NCBI GenBank assembly: GCA_963732445.1
Contig: CAVSZJ010000008.1
Location: forward strand, 12,095 to 76,094
Reading direction: 5' to 3'
From: Vicinamibacterales bacterium
GTDB taxonomy: Bacteria; Acidobacteriota; Vicinamibacteria; Vicinamibacterales; JAMQPK01
DNA: 64,000 nt
Shown: positions 21,300 through 32,630 of the stretch, piece after piece
Layout of the letters: every line of letters starts with the position of its first letter
How positions within the stretch are numbered: the first letter of the stretch is position 1
The notes under the pieces: model-generated
Seen by the model: the letters and a program-made list of their open reading frames with translations, nothing else
Told to the model about the DNA's origin: nothing
Database searches by the model: none
Translations under genes and position numbers: made by a program

Positions 21300-24200
21300 C
21301 TAAAACCCCATACGCAGTCCCAGGCGCACGTAGCGCTCGGCGTACTCCCGGCCTGAGCTCTGCGTCGAGTTGATGACCCCGAACCCGTTGAGGTTCAGGA
21401 CGGTGCCGTCGGGATTCAACAGAAGATTCGACACGTTCAGGTTGCCCGGGTTGGCGAACGTCGCCCTGTTGAAGAGGTTGTACACGTCAAGCTTCAGTTG
21501 CAGCGTCTTCGAGCCGCCCATGACGAGCGTGCGGCTCACGCTCAAGTCGATGTTCTGGACGCCAGGCCCACGAAGGCTGTTGAAGGTTCCATCACCGAAG
21601 CGCGCCTGGGTCACCGGTTTGAAGGCGGTCACATCGAAGTACGGCGTCGTCGGACCTACGCCGCCCAGAATCTCGACGTCGGCCTTGACCTGATCGGCCA
21701 GTTGCGGACTACCGGGCGCGTTCAGCGAGGTCGTGCTCGAGGTGACGGTGAACGGCGCACCCGAGTACGCGGTGAACGTCGAGCTCAGCTGCCAGCCTCC
21801 GGCGAGCGCACGCGCCAAAGCCGCCCGCGTTCAGGAACCTCCGTCCCGCGCCGAACGGCAGCTGATAGATGACCGATGCATCGACCTTGTGGGGCGTGCT
21901 CGTGCCGGCCCGTGCCGCCTGGAATGAACCGCCACCTTGCGTTGCCTTGTTCAGGTGATAGTACTCGGGGATCGCGATATTGCCGGCCCACCAGTCGATT
22001 GCCCGCGCGTAGGTGTAAGCAGACGTGAACTGGAAGCCCCGAATCATCCGGCGCGTCACGCTGAACTGCAGCGAGTCGTAGGTGATCTTGCCCACCGGCC
22101 GGTACACGTTCATCGCTGCGGTCGTGCGCAAGCCGTTCGTCAGATTCGGCAGGTTGAACGGTTGGCTCGCCGGGCCTCCGCCGATCTGCCCGTAGTTGAG
22201 ATTCACCTGGCGGGTCTGGTTGTCCTGACGATTGGCGACATACCCGACCTGCACGCTCAACGAATGCGGGAACAGCTTCTGCACCGTGACGTTCCAGGAC
22301 GTGATGGTGCCGCGGACGAACTCTCCCTCGAGCGTCGTCACGCCCGCGCCCGCCGGCAATCGAACGACTCCCGGTCGAGAGATCCAGCGCCGGCACGAGC
22401 GGCACACCCGCACTCAGCGAGCCCACCGGAGTGAAGGTGTTCGGACCAGACTCGGTGATCTGAATGACCTGCGGAAATGCCTGCGCGATGCCGCCGACAC
22501 GGCGTGATCGCGTTGTCGCTTTGCGGATTGCGCGAGAAGCCGACGCGAATGACGGTGTCCTCGGTTGGCCGATAGGCCCAGCCGAGCCGCGGCGTGAAGA
22601 GATCCTTCTGCACCTTGATGTCGCACACCTGGGCATTCGCGGCGCCGATGCCGCAGACCTGCAGCAGGTTCGTGGTGAAGTCGAACATCTCGAGCCCGCG
22701 ATCGGTGCGCGTCGGGAAGGGGTAATACTCCCACCGGACGCCGACCGATGCGGTCATCTTCGGCGTGATCTGCCACTGGTCGCGCAGGTACAGCCCTGTC
22801 GCCCATCCGCGGACTGTAGCGGGCCATTCCTCGCCCTTTGCACCGTCGGTGCTGAGGAGCGGCGTCATGACCTGGGCGTTGCGCGACTGACGGGAGGCCC
22901 AGCAGGAAATCGGCGAACTGATTGAAGTTGTTCGGTGACGTGCCACCGCTGAGCGCGGTCGCCCCGCCGTTGAAGGTGAAGACCGGCACCTGCGTTTCGT
23001 AGTGATTCAGGTAGTTGCGCTGCACGTCGAAGCCGAACTTCACGTTGTGCGTGCCCTTGGTCCAGCCGGCATTGGCGCTCCACTGGATCTGATTGTCGGC
23101 GTAGTCGCGCATCTGGCTCGGCGTCGCCAGCGCCCAGCCGCCCATGTTGAACTGCGGCGTCGCGCGATCGCGCGAGCGGGGCGGCTGACACGCGTTCGGT
23201 ATGTCGAACTCAGCGCCCCAGCACTGCACGGGCCCCTCGGGCTCAACCCAGCTGTGGTACGGCGTGTAGCCGAAGACGCCATCGACGACGAATGTCGGCG
23301 AGATGATCGACGTCGCCAGAACGGAACCGCTGGTGATGTTGGCGCGCCACAACCGGCCGATGCTGAGCGGGTTGTATTCGGCGCCATCGAGCGACGGGAA
23401 AATGCCGTGGCTGTTCTGCCGGCTCGTCAGCCAGCTCAAGCGGTTGTTGAGGTTGAGCTTGTTGCCGGGCGTCCACGTCACCTTCGAGTCGATCTTGTGC
23501 AGCGTCGACTCGTAGTTGTCCCGGGCGTAGTAGTTGTCCTGGAATCCGGGAAGCGTCGGCAGGATCAGCTTCGACAACATGTCGCTCGAGATCGGATTGA
23601 TGCGGTCCGCCGGAATGTAATTGCAGCTCGCAAACCGCGGATCGACTGGTCGATGTGACACCGGGACAGTTGGCGAACGCGAACGGCATGCGCCCTGTGC
23701 CCGTGGCCGTGCCGGTCAGCGGATCGTAGATGACGGTGTTTGTGTCCGAAAAATTGCCGGCGCGCAGCGACGCCGGCGGAAGCGTGTTCAGGCCGGTCGT
23801 GCCGGTCGACACTTCACCTTCGGCAAGCTGAACCGTGCCGTCCTTCACGCGCCGCACTTCGCTTTCGACGCTGAAGAAGAAGAACAGCTTGTTGCGCACG
23901 ATCGGGCCGCCCATCGTCCCGCCGAAGATGTTCTTCGTGTCCTTGCCCTTATCGGTACCGGCGGGCAGGAAATACGGGCGGTTCTTCAGCGCCGAGTCCG
24001 TGAGGTACTCGAACAGCGAACCGCTGATCGTGTTGGTGCCGCTCTTCACCTGCACGTTGACGGCGGCGCCGCCCGCCATGCCCTGATCGGCATCGAAGCT
24101 GTTGGTCACCACGCTCACCGTTTCGACCGCCTCGAGCGCCGGGACTATACGACTGGATGTCCGGATACCACTGATTGGTCACTGCGGCCCCGTCGACTCG

Positions 24201-24774
24201 GAACAGCGTGTTGTTCGGCGGCTGGCCGTTTACCGACACGCCCATCGATCGGGCCGGGTTGTTGATGCCGCCGGCCTGAATCATGTAAGGCGCCGCCACT
24301 CCGGGCATCAACCCGATGAAGCTCTGATACGAACGGCCGGCCGTCGGCAGGTTGACGATCTGCTCGCTCGTCGTCTGCATCTGCACCGCGGCGGTCTCGG
24401 TCTGGAGCACGGCCGCCGTGCCTGAGACGAGCACCGTCTCCTGAAGCGTGCCGACCGCGAGCCTCACGTCGACGCGAACCGACGTTGCTCTGCCGGACGA
24501 TGACGTCACGCGAGCTGGCCGACTGGAACCCCGTCAGCGTCACGTCGACCTGGTAGGTTCCCGTCGGAATGTTCGGAAAGTTATATCCGCCCGTCGAGCT
24601 GGTCGCCGACTCGCGCGATTGATTCGTCTCGACGTGCGTGATTTTCACGGTCGCGCCGGGCACGGCGAGACCAGTATCGTCAGTGACGTTTCCAACGAGG
24701 GTTCCGTAGAGCGTCTGAGCGGAGGCTGGAGCTGACGATGCCAGCAAGATGGCGAGAAGAAGAGCAGGCCTCAT
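21300..24774 (-). CDS. TonB-dependent receptor 2, paralog of receptor 1 (several frameshifts)
   Basis: Signal peptide; QAGGINNPARSM, NGQPP, SFDADQGMAGGA shared with receptor 1; C-terminus ERYVRLGLRMGF*. Confidence 0.9.
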
Positions 24775-24832
24775 ATGACCCTCCCGGCGGGCGCTCCGGG
24801 GAACGCCGCGTCTTTACTGTGGATGAGAGGCC

Positions 24833-24861
24833 AGATTAGGAGGATTGCCGGCCGGTGTCAA
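24833..24861 (-). promoter_or_regulatory. Sigma-70-type promoter of receptor 2
   Basis: TTGACA-17 nt-TAATCT. Confidence 0.6.
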
Positions 24862-24887
24862 TGCGCGAAGCGCGGCCGTACTAGTGG

Positions 24888-25802
24888 CTAGTTCGCGAGG
24901 TGCGGAGCGCTTTTGACGGGAATTGCGACTGGAACGCCGATGCGCGCACTGTCGAATTGCCCTTCGACCAGACGCCAGGCATCGGTTTCCTCCAGCAGCT
25001 TGCTGGCAAACGACGTGTGGAGCGCGTGGCCGCCGCGATGGGCGACAAGATGGCCGATGATGGGATAGCCGACGAGCGCCATGTCCCCGATGACGTCGAG
25101 GATCTTGTGGCGCACGAACTCGTCCTCGAAGCGCAGCGCGTTCAGGGCCCCGGTCTCGCCCAGCACGATCGCGTTCTCGAGCGACCCGCCCAGCGCAAGC
25201 CCGTTCTGCCGGAGCATCTCGACTTCCTTCAGGAAGCCGAACGTGCGCGCGGGGGCGATTTCTTCGATGAACGACTCCTCGGTAATCTGCATCGTCCGGC
25301 TCTGATGCCGCAGCATCGGGTGGTCGAAGCTGATGCTGTAGGTCACCTTGAAATGATCGGACGGATACAGAGCGATCCGCTTGTCTCCGCGCGACAACGC
25401 GATCGGGCGAACGATCTTGAGGAACCGCTTCGGCGCGGCCAGCCGCTTGAGGCCGGCCTCGTGAATGAGATAAATGAACGGCGCAGCGCTGCCGTCCATG
25501 ATGGGTACTTCCGGGTGGTTGAGCTCGACAATAACGTTGTCGACCCCCAGGCTGACGAGCGCGCCGAGCAGGTGTTCGACGGTTTCGACCGACCCTTCTT
25601 TCAGCGACAAGCCCGTGGCGTACTGAATACCGCCGAGGTGCGTGACGACCGCGGGAATCTCGAGTCCGCCGAGGTCCGATCGACGAAAGCGGATGCCGTG
25701 GTCGGCCGGAGCCGGTTTCAGGGACAACGTCACCTTCTTACCGGAATGAAGGCCAATTCCGGCGCAGGATACCGCTCGCTTGAGGGTGCGTTGTGCGTCC
25801 AT
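24888..25802 (-). CDS. lpxC: UDP-3-O-acyl-N-acetylglucosamine deacetylase
   Basis: QRTL...GIGLHSG, TVEHLL, EVPIMDGSA, IAPARTFGF, LRFEDEFVRHKILD, GGH. Confidence 0.97.
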   Translation of the reverse strand: MDAQRTLKRAVSCAGIGLHSGKKVTLSLKPAPADHGIRFRRSDLGGLEIPAVVTHLGGIQYATGLSLKEGSVETVEHLLGALVSLGVDNVIVELNHPEVPIMDGSAAPFIYLIHEAGLKRLAAPKRFLKIVRPIALSRGDKRIALYPSDHFKVTYSISFDHPMLRHQSRTMQITEESFIEEIAPARTFGFLKEVEMLRQNGLALGGSLENAIVLGETGALNALRFEDEFVRHKILDVIGDMALVGYPIIGHLVAHRGGHALHTSFASKLLEETDAWRLVEGQFDSARIGVPVAIPVKSAPHLAN

Positions 25803-25852
25803 TAGTAGTTGGAGGTTCCGACCGTCAGGGCGATGTCAGACGTGCTCGATAG

Positions 25853-25868
25853 AGCAATTACAGTGCCT
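25853..25868 (-). promoter_or_regulatory. Sigma-54 (-24/-12) promoter of lpxC
   Basis: AGGCACTGTAATTGCT, i.e. GG-N10-GC matching TGGCAC-N5-TTGC. Confidence 0.75.
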
Positions 25869-25966
25869 GTAAAAAACCGCTGGCGCTCGATAGTCGCTAA
25901 ATGGCTTCTTCGCCTGGATTTAGCTGAAATAGCTGACATACTGAGCGTTCGAATCTGACGGTGTTT

Positions 25967-26019
25967 TGTGGTACCTGGACCACACAACTCTGTAAAAAAT
26001 CTGTGGCAATCCTACCACA
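25967..26019. promoter_or_regulatory. Two TGTGG-N8-CCACA palindromes, putative enhancer-binding-protein sites
   Basis: Copies at 25967..25984 and 26002..26019, about 100-150 bp upstream of the -24 box. Confidence 0.7.
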
Positions 26020-26023
26020 CCCG

Positions 26024-28824
26024 TCATAGAACTGACGTCAGCAACGGTCTTAGGAACTCGCCTGTCGCTGAATTCTGTGAATTGGAGACTTCTTCGGGGG
26101 TGCCCTCGGCGATGACCCGGCCACCCCCTCCCCCCCTTCAGGGCCCAGGTCGATGACATGGTCAGCCGACTTGATGACGTCGAGGTTGTGTTCGATCACA
26201 ACCACCGTGTTGCCCTGATCGACCAGCTTGTTGAGCACATCGAGCAGTTTGTGCGTATCTTCGAAGTGTAGTCCCGTGGTCGGTTCATCCAGGATGTAGA
26301 GCGTTCGTCCGGTGCCTCGTCTCGATAGCTCCTTCGACAATTTCACCCGCTGCGCCTCGCCTCCACTCAGGGTCGTCGCCGACTGGCCCAGTTCGATGTA
26401 GCCGAGCCCGACGCTCTGCAGCGTGCGCAGCTTGTTGGCAATCGCCGGAAAGTTTTCAAGGAGTGGAAGCGCCTGATCGACCGTCAGTTCGAGCACGTCC
26501 GCAATCGACTTGCCTCGATACTGAATATCGAGTGTCTCGCGATTGTAGCGGCGCCCTTTGCACTGCTCGCACGTGACATACACGTCGGGGAGAAAATGCA
26601 TTTCGATGGCAATCACGCCATCCCCCTGACAGCCCTCGCAGCGCCCGCCTTTGACGTTGAACGAGAAGCGCCCCGGCCGGAACCCGCGTGCTTTCGCCTC
26701 TGGCAACATGGCGAACAGCTCTCGAATGAAGGTGAACAAGCCCGTATAAGTCGCGGGATTCGAGCGAGGCGTGCGCCCGATCGGTGATTGATCGATCTCG
26801 ATAACCTTGTCGATGTGCTCGATCCCCTCGATAGCGTCGTGCGCCCCGGGCTCGTCCCCGGCGCGATACAGCACGCGCGCAAGCGATCGATAGAGGATGT
26901 CGTTGACGAGCGTCGACTTTCCCGATCCGCTCACACCGGTGACCGCGACCAGCGCGCCAAGCGGAATGCGCACGTCGATGTTCTTGAGATTGTTCTCGCG
27001 CGCGCCACGGATGACGAGCGCGTGTTTCCCTCGCGCGCGGCGCCCGCCGGGCATCGCGATCATCTTTTCGCCGCGCAGGTACTGTCCGGTGAGCGACTCC
27101 TCTCCGTTAAGCCCTAAGCCCTCAGCCCTCAGCCCTCTGATCAGTTCCTCCGGCGTCCCCTGAAAGATCACCTTTCCGCCGTGCTCGCCGGCGCCGGGAC
27201 CCAGATCCACGAGGTAATCGGCGATACGAATCGTCTCCTCGTCGTGCTCGACAACGATGATCGTGTTGCCGAGGTCGCGCAGATGGTGAAGCGTACCGAG
27301 CAGCGCGCGGTTATCGCGCTGATGCAGGCCGATTGACGGCTCGTCGAGGACGTAGAGCACTCCCGTGAGATTCGCGCCAATCTGCGTCGCCAGCCTGATG
27401 CGCTGCCCTTCGCCTCCCGACAGCGTCGTCGCGCCGCGCCCGAGCGTGAGGTAGCCGACGCCGACGTCGTACAGAAAGCGGAGTCGATCCTGGATTTCCT
27501 TGAGCACACGCCCCGCAATCAGGTTCTCGCGCTCGCTCAATTCCAGCCCGTTGAACACGTCGTACGCCTCGCTGATCGGCAGGTTCACGTAGTCCGCCAT
27601 CGTGCGCGCCTTCACCCTGACCGCGAGGCTCTGCGGCTTCAGCCGTTCGCCGCGGCAGGCCGGGCACGGCCGGAGCGAGCGATAGATGTCGAGATCTTCC
27701 TGCTCGGACCACGTGGCTTCGTCGAACCGGCGGCGCAGATTCGGGATGATGCCTTCGAAACCCTTGCCGTTGCCTCCGTAGAGAATTTGATCGCGGACTT
27801 TCTTCAACAGGTTGACGAACGGCGTCGCGGGATCGAATCCGAGGTTCTTCCCGAGGCTGGCGATCGCATCGCGCACCAGCTTTCTGTCCCCTTTCGCCCA
27901 GGGGACGATGGCGCCGTCGGCGAGCGACTTGGTGCGATCGGGAACGATACGGTTCGGATCGAAATCGTGCATCGCCCCGAGCCCCTGGCATTCGGTGCAC
28001 GCGCCATGCGGCGAGTTGAACGAAAACGCGCGCGGCGTCATTTCGGGCATGCTGATGCCGCACTCGATGCAGGCCAGCTTGCGCGAGAACAACCGATCGC
28101 CCCCATCGAGCGTATTGATGACGACGATGTCGTCTGCAAGCGTCAACGCCATCTCGATTGATTCGGCGAGCCGCCGTTCGATGCCCGACTTCACAATCAA
28201 CCGATCGACGACGATGTCGATGGCATGATTGCGCCGCCGGTCGAGCTTGATGTCTTCGTCGAGCGAGCGGAACGCGCCGTCGACCCGCGCCTTCGAGAAA
28301 CCCTTCTTCTTCAGCTCGGCGAGCTCTTTCTTGAACTCCCCTTTACGGCCGCGCACGATGGGCGCCAGAACGTTGATGCGCGCATCCTGCGGATACAGCA
28401 TCACCATGTCCATGATGCGATCGAGCGACTGCGCTGAAATCTCGCGTCCGCATTGATGGCAATGTGGAATACCGATGTTCGCGAACAGCAGCCGCAGGTA
28501 GTCGTAGATTTCGGTGACGGTGCCCACCGTCGAGCGCGGGTTCGAGGCGGTGGTCTTCTGTTCGATGGAGATCGCCGGTGAGAGGCCGTCGATCAAATCG
28601 ACGTCCGGCTTCTCCATCTGCTCGAGAAACTGGCGGGCATAGGCCGACAACGACTCGACATAGCGCCGCTGTCCCTCGGCGTAAATCGTGTCGAAGGCCA
28701 GCGACGACTTGCCAGAGCCCGACAGCCCGGTGATGACCGTGAGCTTGTTCCGCGGAATATCGACGTCGATATTGCGGAGATTGTGAACGCGGGCGCCGCG
28801 GACGGATATCCAACCCTGACCCAT
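26024..28824 (-). CDS. uvrA: Excinuclease ABC subunit A (homopolymer frameshift near 26125)
   Basis: [21 protein letters not shown], zinc fingers, two LSGGE signatures; restoring one G gives [13 protein letters not shown]...TGEFLRPLL. Confidence 0.97.
27108..27137. repeat. Four T(A/C)AGCCC heptamers inside uvrA
   Basis: taagccc taagccc tcagccc tcagccc; encodes [10 protein letters not shown]. Confidence 0.75.
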
Positions 28825-28870
28825 CTGTATGCTTTCTTTGGGGGACCTGAAACGAACGATTGTATCAGGT

Positions 28871-30319
28871 TTATCTGGCGTTCCGTGACGCTGCCGCGGC
28901 GTTCGCCAGGGACTGTTCGCGCAGCGCTTCGGCGTCTCGAATCTCGATCCGCTTGGCGGCGATGAGGCCATTCGACAAGCCGGTGATGTCTTTCTCGTAT
29001 TCGGCCAGCTCGCTCTGCATCTGTGCCATGACGGCTTCGTAGCAGCCTGCCGCGACCGTGAACCGGCCCGTCGCCGCTTTCCAGCTGCGTTCTGCCGCAT
29101 CGAGCAGACCGAGATAGCGCTCCGAATCGCAGTCGGCGCGGTTCATCTTGAGCGCCTCCTCGAAAAAGGTGCGCGATTCGCCAAGCCGATTCAGGCTGAA
29201 CGACGCCATGCCGGCGAGCCGGTAAATCGCGTCGTTGCGCATCGCATTCAATCCCGTGGTTGCGTCGTCGTACGCGGGCTGTGCCTGGCCGAGTTGCAGG
29301 TGGTTCCACGCCCGCCAGTAATATTTTTCGCCGGGATTGTTGCTCGAGTCGGTCACCAGCAACTCGATGAGCAGCCCGATCGCTTCGTCGTGGCGCTTGA
29401 GGTAGCTCAGCGACTTGGCGCGTCCGAGCTTCACCTGCGGCTCGAGCCCTGTCACCGCTGGGCTCGCAAGGACGCTGTCGTAGAGCGCCAATGCATCGGC
29501 GTATCGCGCGTACGCAAACGTGATGTTCGCCAGCGCGAATGTTATCGAGACGCTATCGGGCAGCAGCTCGCGCGCGCGCGTGAGCTCGCGAAACGCACCA
29601 GGGAGATTGCCGTTCAAAAACGCTCGCTGCCCCATCAACAGATGCACTTCTCCGAAGCCGGTCTCCTGGCCGATGAGATCTCGCGCCGCGTCTGCGGAGT
29701 ACGTCGGCTGGAACGCGAGCATGCGGTACTTGAGTGAGAGGTCGAGCGGATGCGCGGCGAGTATCGCGTCGACCTGCGCCTTGATGTCCTTGAACTGCTG
29801 CAGCTGCACGAGCAGCGCAATGAAGAAGTAGGCCTTCATCGGGCTCGCTGCCGCGTCCGGCTCGAGCGCGGCCACCAGCTTCAGCCGCTCGTCCCGTTCC
29901 TGCTTCATCAACAGCGGCTCGCCACGAACGAAGTAGACAGGACCAGCCGGACGAAACGCGTCGAGTGCGGCGAAATAAGCTGTGTAATTGGATCCCACGT
30001 GATCCTGAAGCTGCCGGGCGGCTTCGTGCGCGCCGGAATCGGGTATGCGCAGCTCGATTTCGCGAAGGGCGAGCATCAGGTTGTTTTCGAGCGCGTGGGC
30101 GGCGACGGTCCGATCGTCCGTCTCGTCGAGAAGCGCGCCGTAGGCGGCCGCGGCTTCCTTCAGACACAGATAACAGCCGCGTGAGGCGAGCCGATCGGCT
30201 TCGGACAATCGGGCCGCGACTACTTCGGGCGCGATGCGGGGAGCAACGACGGGCACTGGGCGCGGCGCACAGCCAAGGATCGTTACGTGCAGAAGTACGC
30301 TGATTGTTCGGCAACGCAT
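28871..30319 (-). CDS. TPR-repeat lipoprotein
   Basis: Lipobox ILGC; repeated TPR-like helical pairs; C-terminal coiled coil. Confidence 0.75.
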   Translation of the reverse strand: MRCRTISVLLHVTILGCAPRPVPVVAPRIAPEVVAARLSEADRLASRGCYLCLKEAAAAYGALLDETDDRTVAAHALENNLMLALREIELRIPDSGAHEAARQLQDHVGSNYTAYFAALDAFRPAGPVYFVRGEPLLMKQERDERLKLVAALEPDAAASPMKAYFFIALLVQLQQFKDIKAQVDAILAAHPLDLSLKYRMLAFQPTYSADAARDLIGQETGFGEVHLLMGQRAFLNGNLPGAFRELTRARELLPDSVSITFALANITFAYARYADALALYDSVLASPAVTGLEPQVKLGRAKSLSYLKRHDEAIGLLIELLVTDSSNNPGEKYYWRAWNHLQLGQAQPAYDDATTGLNAMRNDAIYRLAGMASFSLNRLGESRTFFEEALKMNRADCDSERYLGLLDAAERSWKAATGRFTVAAGCYEAVMAQMQSELAEYEKDITGLSNGLIAAKRIEIRDAEALREQSLANAAAASRNAR

Positions 30320-30359
30320 CGCTGGCTTAGACACCGCCGTCGAGATTTTCGCTTGTCTG

Positions 30360-32630
30360 TTATCTGGTAACACCGATGAGCTGAATGCCTAGCGACGGAG
30401 AGGTGCCGGAATACACTATTTCGCCACCTGGTTTCAGCTCCACGTTTGCTAATGTACGCGGAGGAAGGCCCGACTCACCCAACTCGTAGAGCGTGACCTT
30501 CACCATTTCCACCGATGGGTCGTCGTCTAGAAACGGTCCAAAACCGTAGCGGGACATGGCGGGATGCTCGATTCTGCCCATCCCTCCGTTTGGCCTGACG
30601 CGGAGGTCCACCGACGTGCCGTCAGGCATGCTGATTCTCAATTGCACCATCGGCGTCAGCGTGAAGTTGACCGTTACCGTCATGATGACCGGCACGGCGA
30701 CGCCGTTCATCAGCGTCGGCTCGTACTGCCATTGCTTTACGGCGGCAGTCGCGGCCTCGTCCAGCAACGGGATCGAGCGAAGGACGCGCGTTTCGCTGAC
30801 GCCGCCGCTTTCATCGATTCTCGTTTCGATAATGACGACTCCCTGAACACGGGCCTCCTGCGCGCCTTGCGGATATACCGGAGGAACATCCTTGAGTTTT
30901 TTCGGCGGCTGCACATTGCCCCCGACGCGCACAGCACCTGGGGCGTCAGGACCTTGGGATGGCACCTTCACCATGTAGTCGCCGCTTCGTGTCACCGTGA
31001 ACCGCTGGCCCACGCTCGACATCCCATCCCCGATCATCCTCACGCCCCAGGACGTCCCGGTGAGCGTGTATTCGAATGTGATCTTCATCGCCGTTGTCGA
31101 CGGGTTCTTTGTGTATTTCAGTCCCAAGGCCGCCTTGAACGCCGACGCGCGCAGTTCCTGTGGCCCGCTCGCAACCGCTGCAGTGGTCACATCCCCCGCA
31201 GCATTCACCGTGATGTCGACGACGACTGTTCCGTGAATGCCGCGCTCGAGCGCGTCCTGGGGGTATTCCGGGTACACCGTGTTGATCTGACGTCGCTCAC
31301 TCTCCCTCGTCGCCATGGCCTGGCGCACTTGGGCCGGTGGGTTTCTCGCAATGGCGATCGTCCTCGGACCGGTTACCGAGTACGTCAGCCCGGTTGGCGT
31401 AAGCAGCCTGTCGAGCAGCTCCTCCAGCGGGGCCTCCGCCTCGATCGTGACGGATTGACCTTCATCGAAGCTCGCGTCGTAGCCCGTAAAGACGACGCTC
31501 GTTGCGAAGCCCAGGAAGTCGAGAACAGCGCCAAGCCTTGCGTCTTTGAACTGGATGGCGAGTGGCCTGTTCGTCGCTGGATCCAGCTTGCTCGACGCGG
31601 TCGCGCCGGGAGCCTGCGCCACGGCTCTCGCTTCCGGAACGGACGGACGCCGCTCGGCCGGCGATCGCATCGGCAATGCCGCCGCTGCGATGGAGGTTGC
31701 TGCTCCGACAGCCATCATCAACGCGATCGTGGCGAAAACGAGATGTCTTCTCGACATACGAGCCTCCTGAAAAATCGCATCGACGCGCGCCCGCAGCTCG
31801 CGGGGGCGGAGCATCCCCGCACCCGCCTGCGAAAAGTGGGGCGCGAGATCGTGGCCGGAGATATCGACGAGGCAGCGCACATACTCGTCACGATTGTCGA
31901 GCATGGCCACCACCAGGCGGTCGACGACCTGTTCGCGCGCAACGCGGATACGAGCGCGAAGGAGCCATATCCACGGGTGAAACCAGAGAGCAGCCATCGC
32001 GAGCTCCTCGACATACGCCACAGCGATGTCGCGGCGTTTGACGTGGATGAGCTCGTGGCAGATCACGGCGCGCTGGAACGCGGGTATGAGCGCGTGAAAT
32101 CCTGCGGGAAGCGCGACAGTCGGTCGAAGAAATCCGAACGTCCACGGGCCGCGAGCCCCTGTTTGCTGGATGTAGCGCGGCGAGACCTGCAAATCGCCTT
32201 CGAGCTCGCCGGCCGCCGCAGGCGTGGAAATGTCCGAAGCCCTGCGGCTGAATCGCGCCAGCGCAACGATGCCATAGAAGAGCCATGACAGTCGCATCAC
32301 GATGCCGGCGACGACGATCGCAACGGCGACGCGCGCTGGACTGAGCCACGACCTCATGCCCAGCTCGCCGGCGGCGACCGCGCCGGACACAACCGTGCTC
32401 ACCTCGACGGCCGTCGCGGTCGGGCTCACCTGAAGAGCCGGTTCATCCGATCTCCATGGCTGCACCAGCGGCAGCAGAACTATTGCGACGAGCGTCACGT
32501 GGAGAGCCGCCAACCTCGCGGGAGGCTCGTTCAGGTGCAACAGCTTTATGGCGATCAACGCCGACGTCGCCAGCGCTCCCGCCTGCACCCAGTGAGCCAC
32601 GATGTTTCCGGCAAGAAGCTCAGCGTCCAT
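30360..32630 (-). CDS. BlaR1/M56 peptidase fused to an STN-like domain and two TonB C-terminal domains
   Basis: GFLRPTVALP, HELIHVKRRD, WFHPWIW, RE; PEYPQDA..RGIHGTV and PVYPQGAQEARVQGVV...AVKQWQYEP. Confidence 0.9.
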   Translation of the reverse strand: MDAELLAGNIVAHWVQAGALATSALIAIKLLHLNEPPARLAALHVTLVAIVLLPLVQPWRSDEPALQVSPTATAVEVSTVVSGAVAAGELGMRSWLSPARVAVAIVVAGIVMRLSWLFYGIVALARFSRRASDISTPAAAGELEGDLQVSPRYIQQTGARGPWTFGFLRPTVALPAGFHALIPAFQRAVICHELIHVKRRDIAVAYVEELAMAALWFHPWIWLLRARIRVAREQVVDRLVVAMLDNRDEYVRCLVDISGHDLAPHFSQAGAGMLRPRELRARVDAIFQEARMSRRHLVFATIALMMAVGAATSIAAAALPMRSPAERRPSVPEARAVAQAPGATASSKLDPATNRPLAIQFKDARLGAVLDFLGFATSVVFTGYDASFDEGQSVTIEAEAPLEELLDRLLTPTGLTYSVTGPRTIAIARNPPAQVRQAMATRESERRQINTVYPEYPQDALERGIHGTVVVDITVNAAGDVTTAAVASGPQELRASAFKAALGLKYTKNPSTTAMKITFEYTLTGTSWGVRMIGDGMSSVGQRFTVTRSGDYMVKVPSQGPDAPGAVRVGGNVQPPKKLKDVPPVYPQGAQEARVQGVVIIETRIDESGGVSETRVLRSIPLLDEAATAAVKQWQYEPTLMNGVAVPVIMTVTVNFTLTPMVQLRISMPDGTSVDLRVRPNGGMGRIEHPAMSRYGFGPFLDDDPSVEMVKVTLYELGESGLPPRTLANVELKPGGEIVYSGTSPSLGIQLIGVTR

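Noticed and set aside
10445-21329. Receptor 3'-end repeat as the attL/attR pair of an integrative element
   Set aside because: The left copy also keeps an SD, a start and an N-terminal fragment, all four mismatches are synonymous, and no integrase is present. It is better explained as a collapsed homolog.
28825-29100. N-terminal extension of UvrA in the 1016-aa ORF
   Set aside because: It overlaps the TPR gene in another frame; UvrA homology starts at 28824.
30564-32288. Long antisense ORFs (also 12661..13926, 34902..36137, 43650..44696, 60424..61803)
   Set aside because: Shadow frames expected in high-GC DNA opposite well-supported genes; no recognisable motifs.
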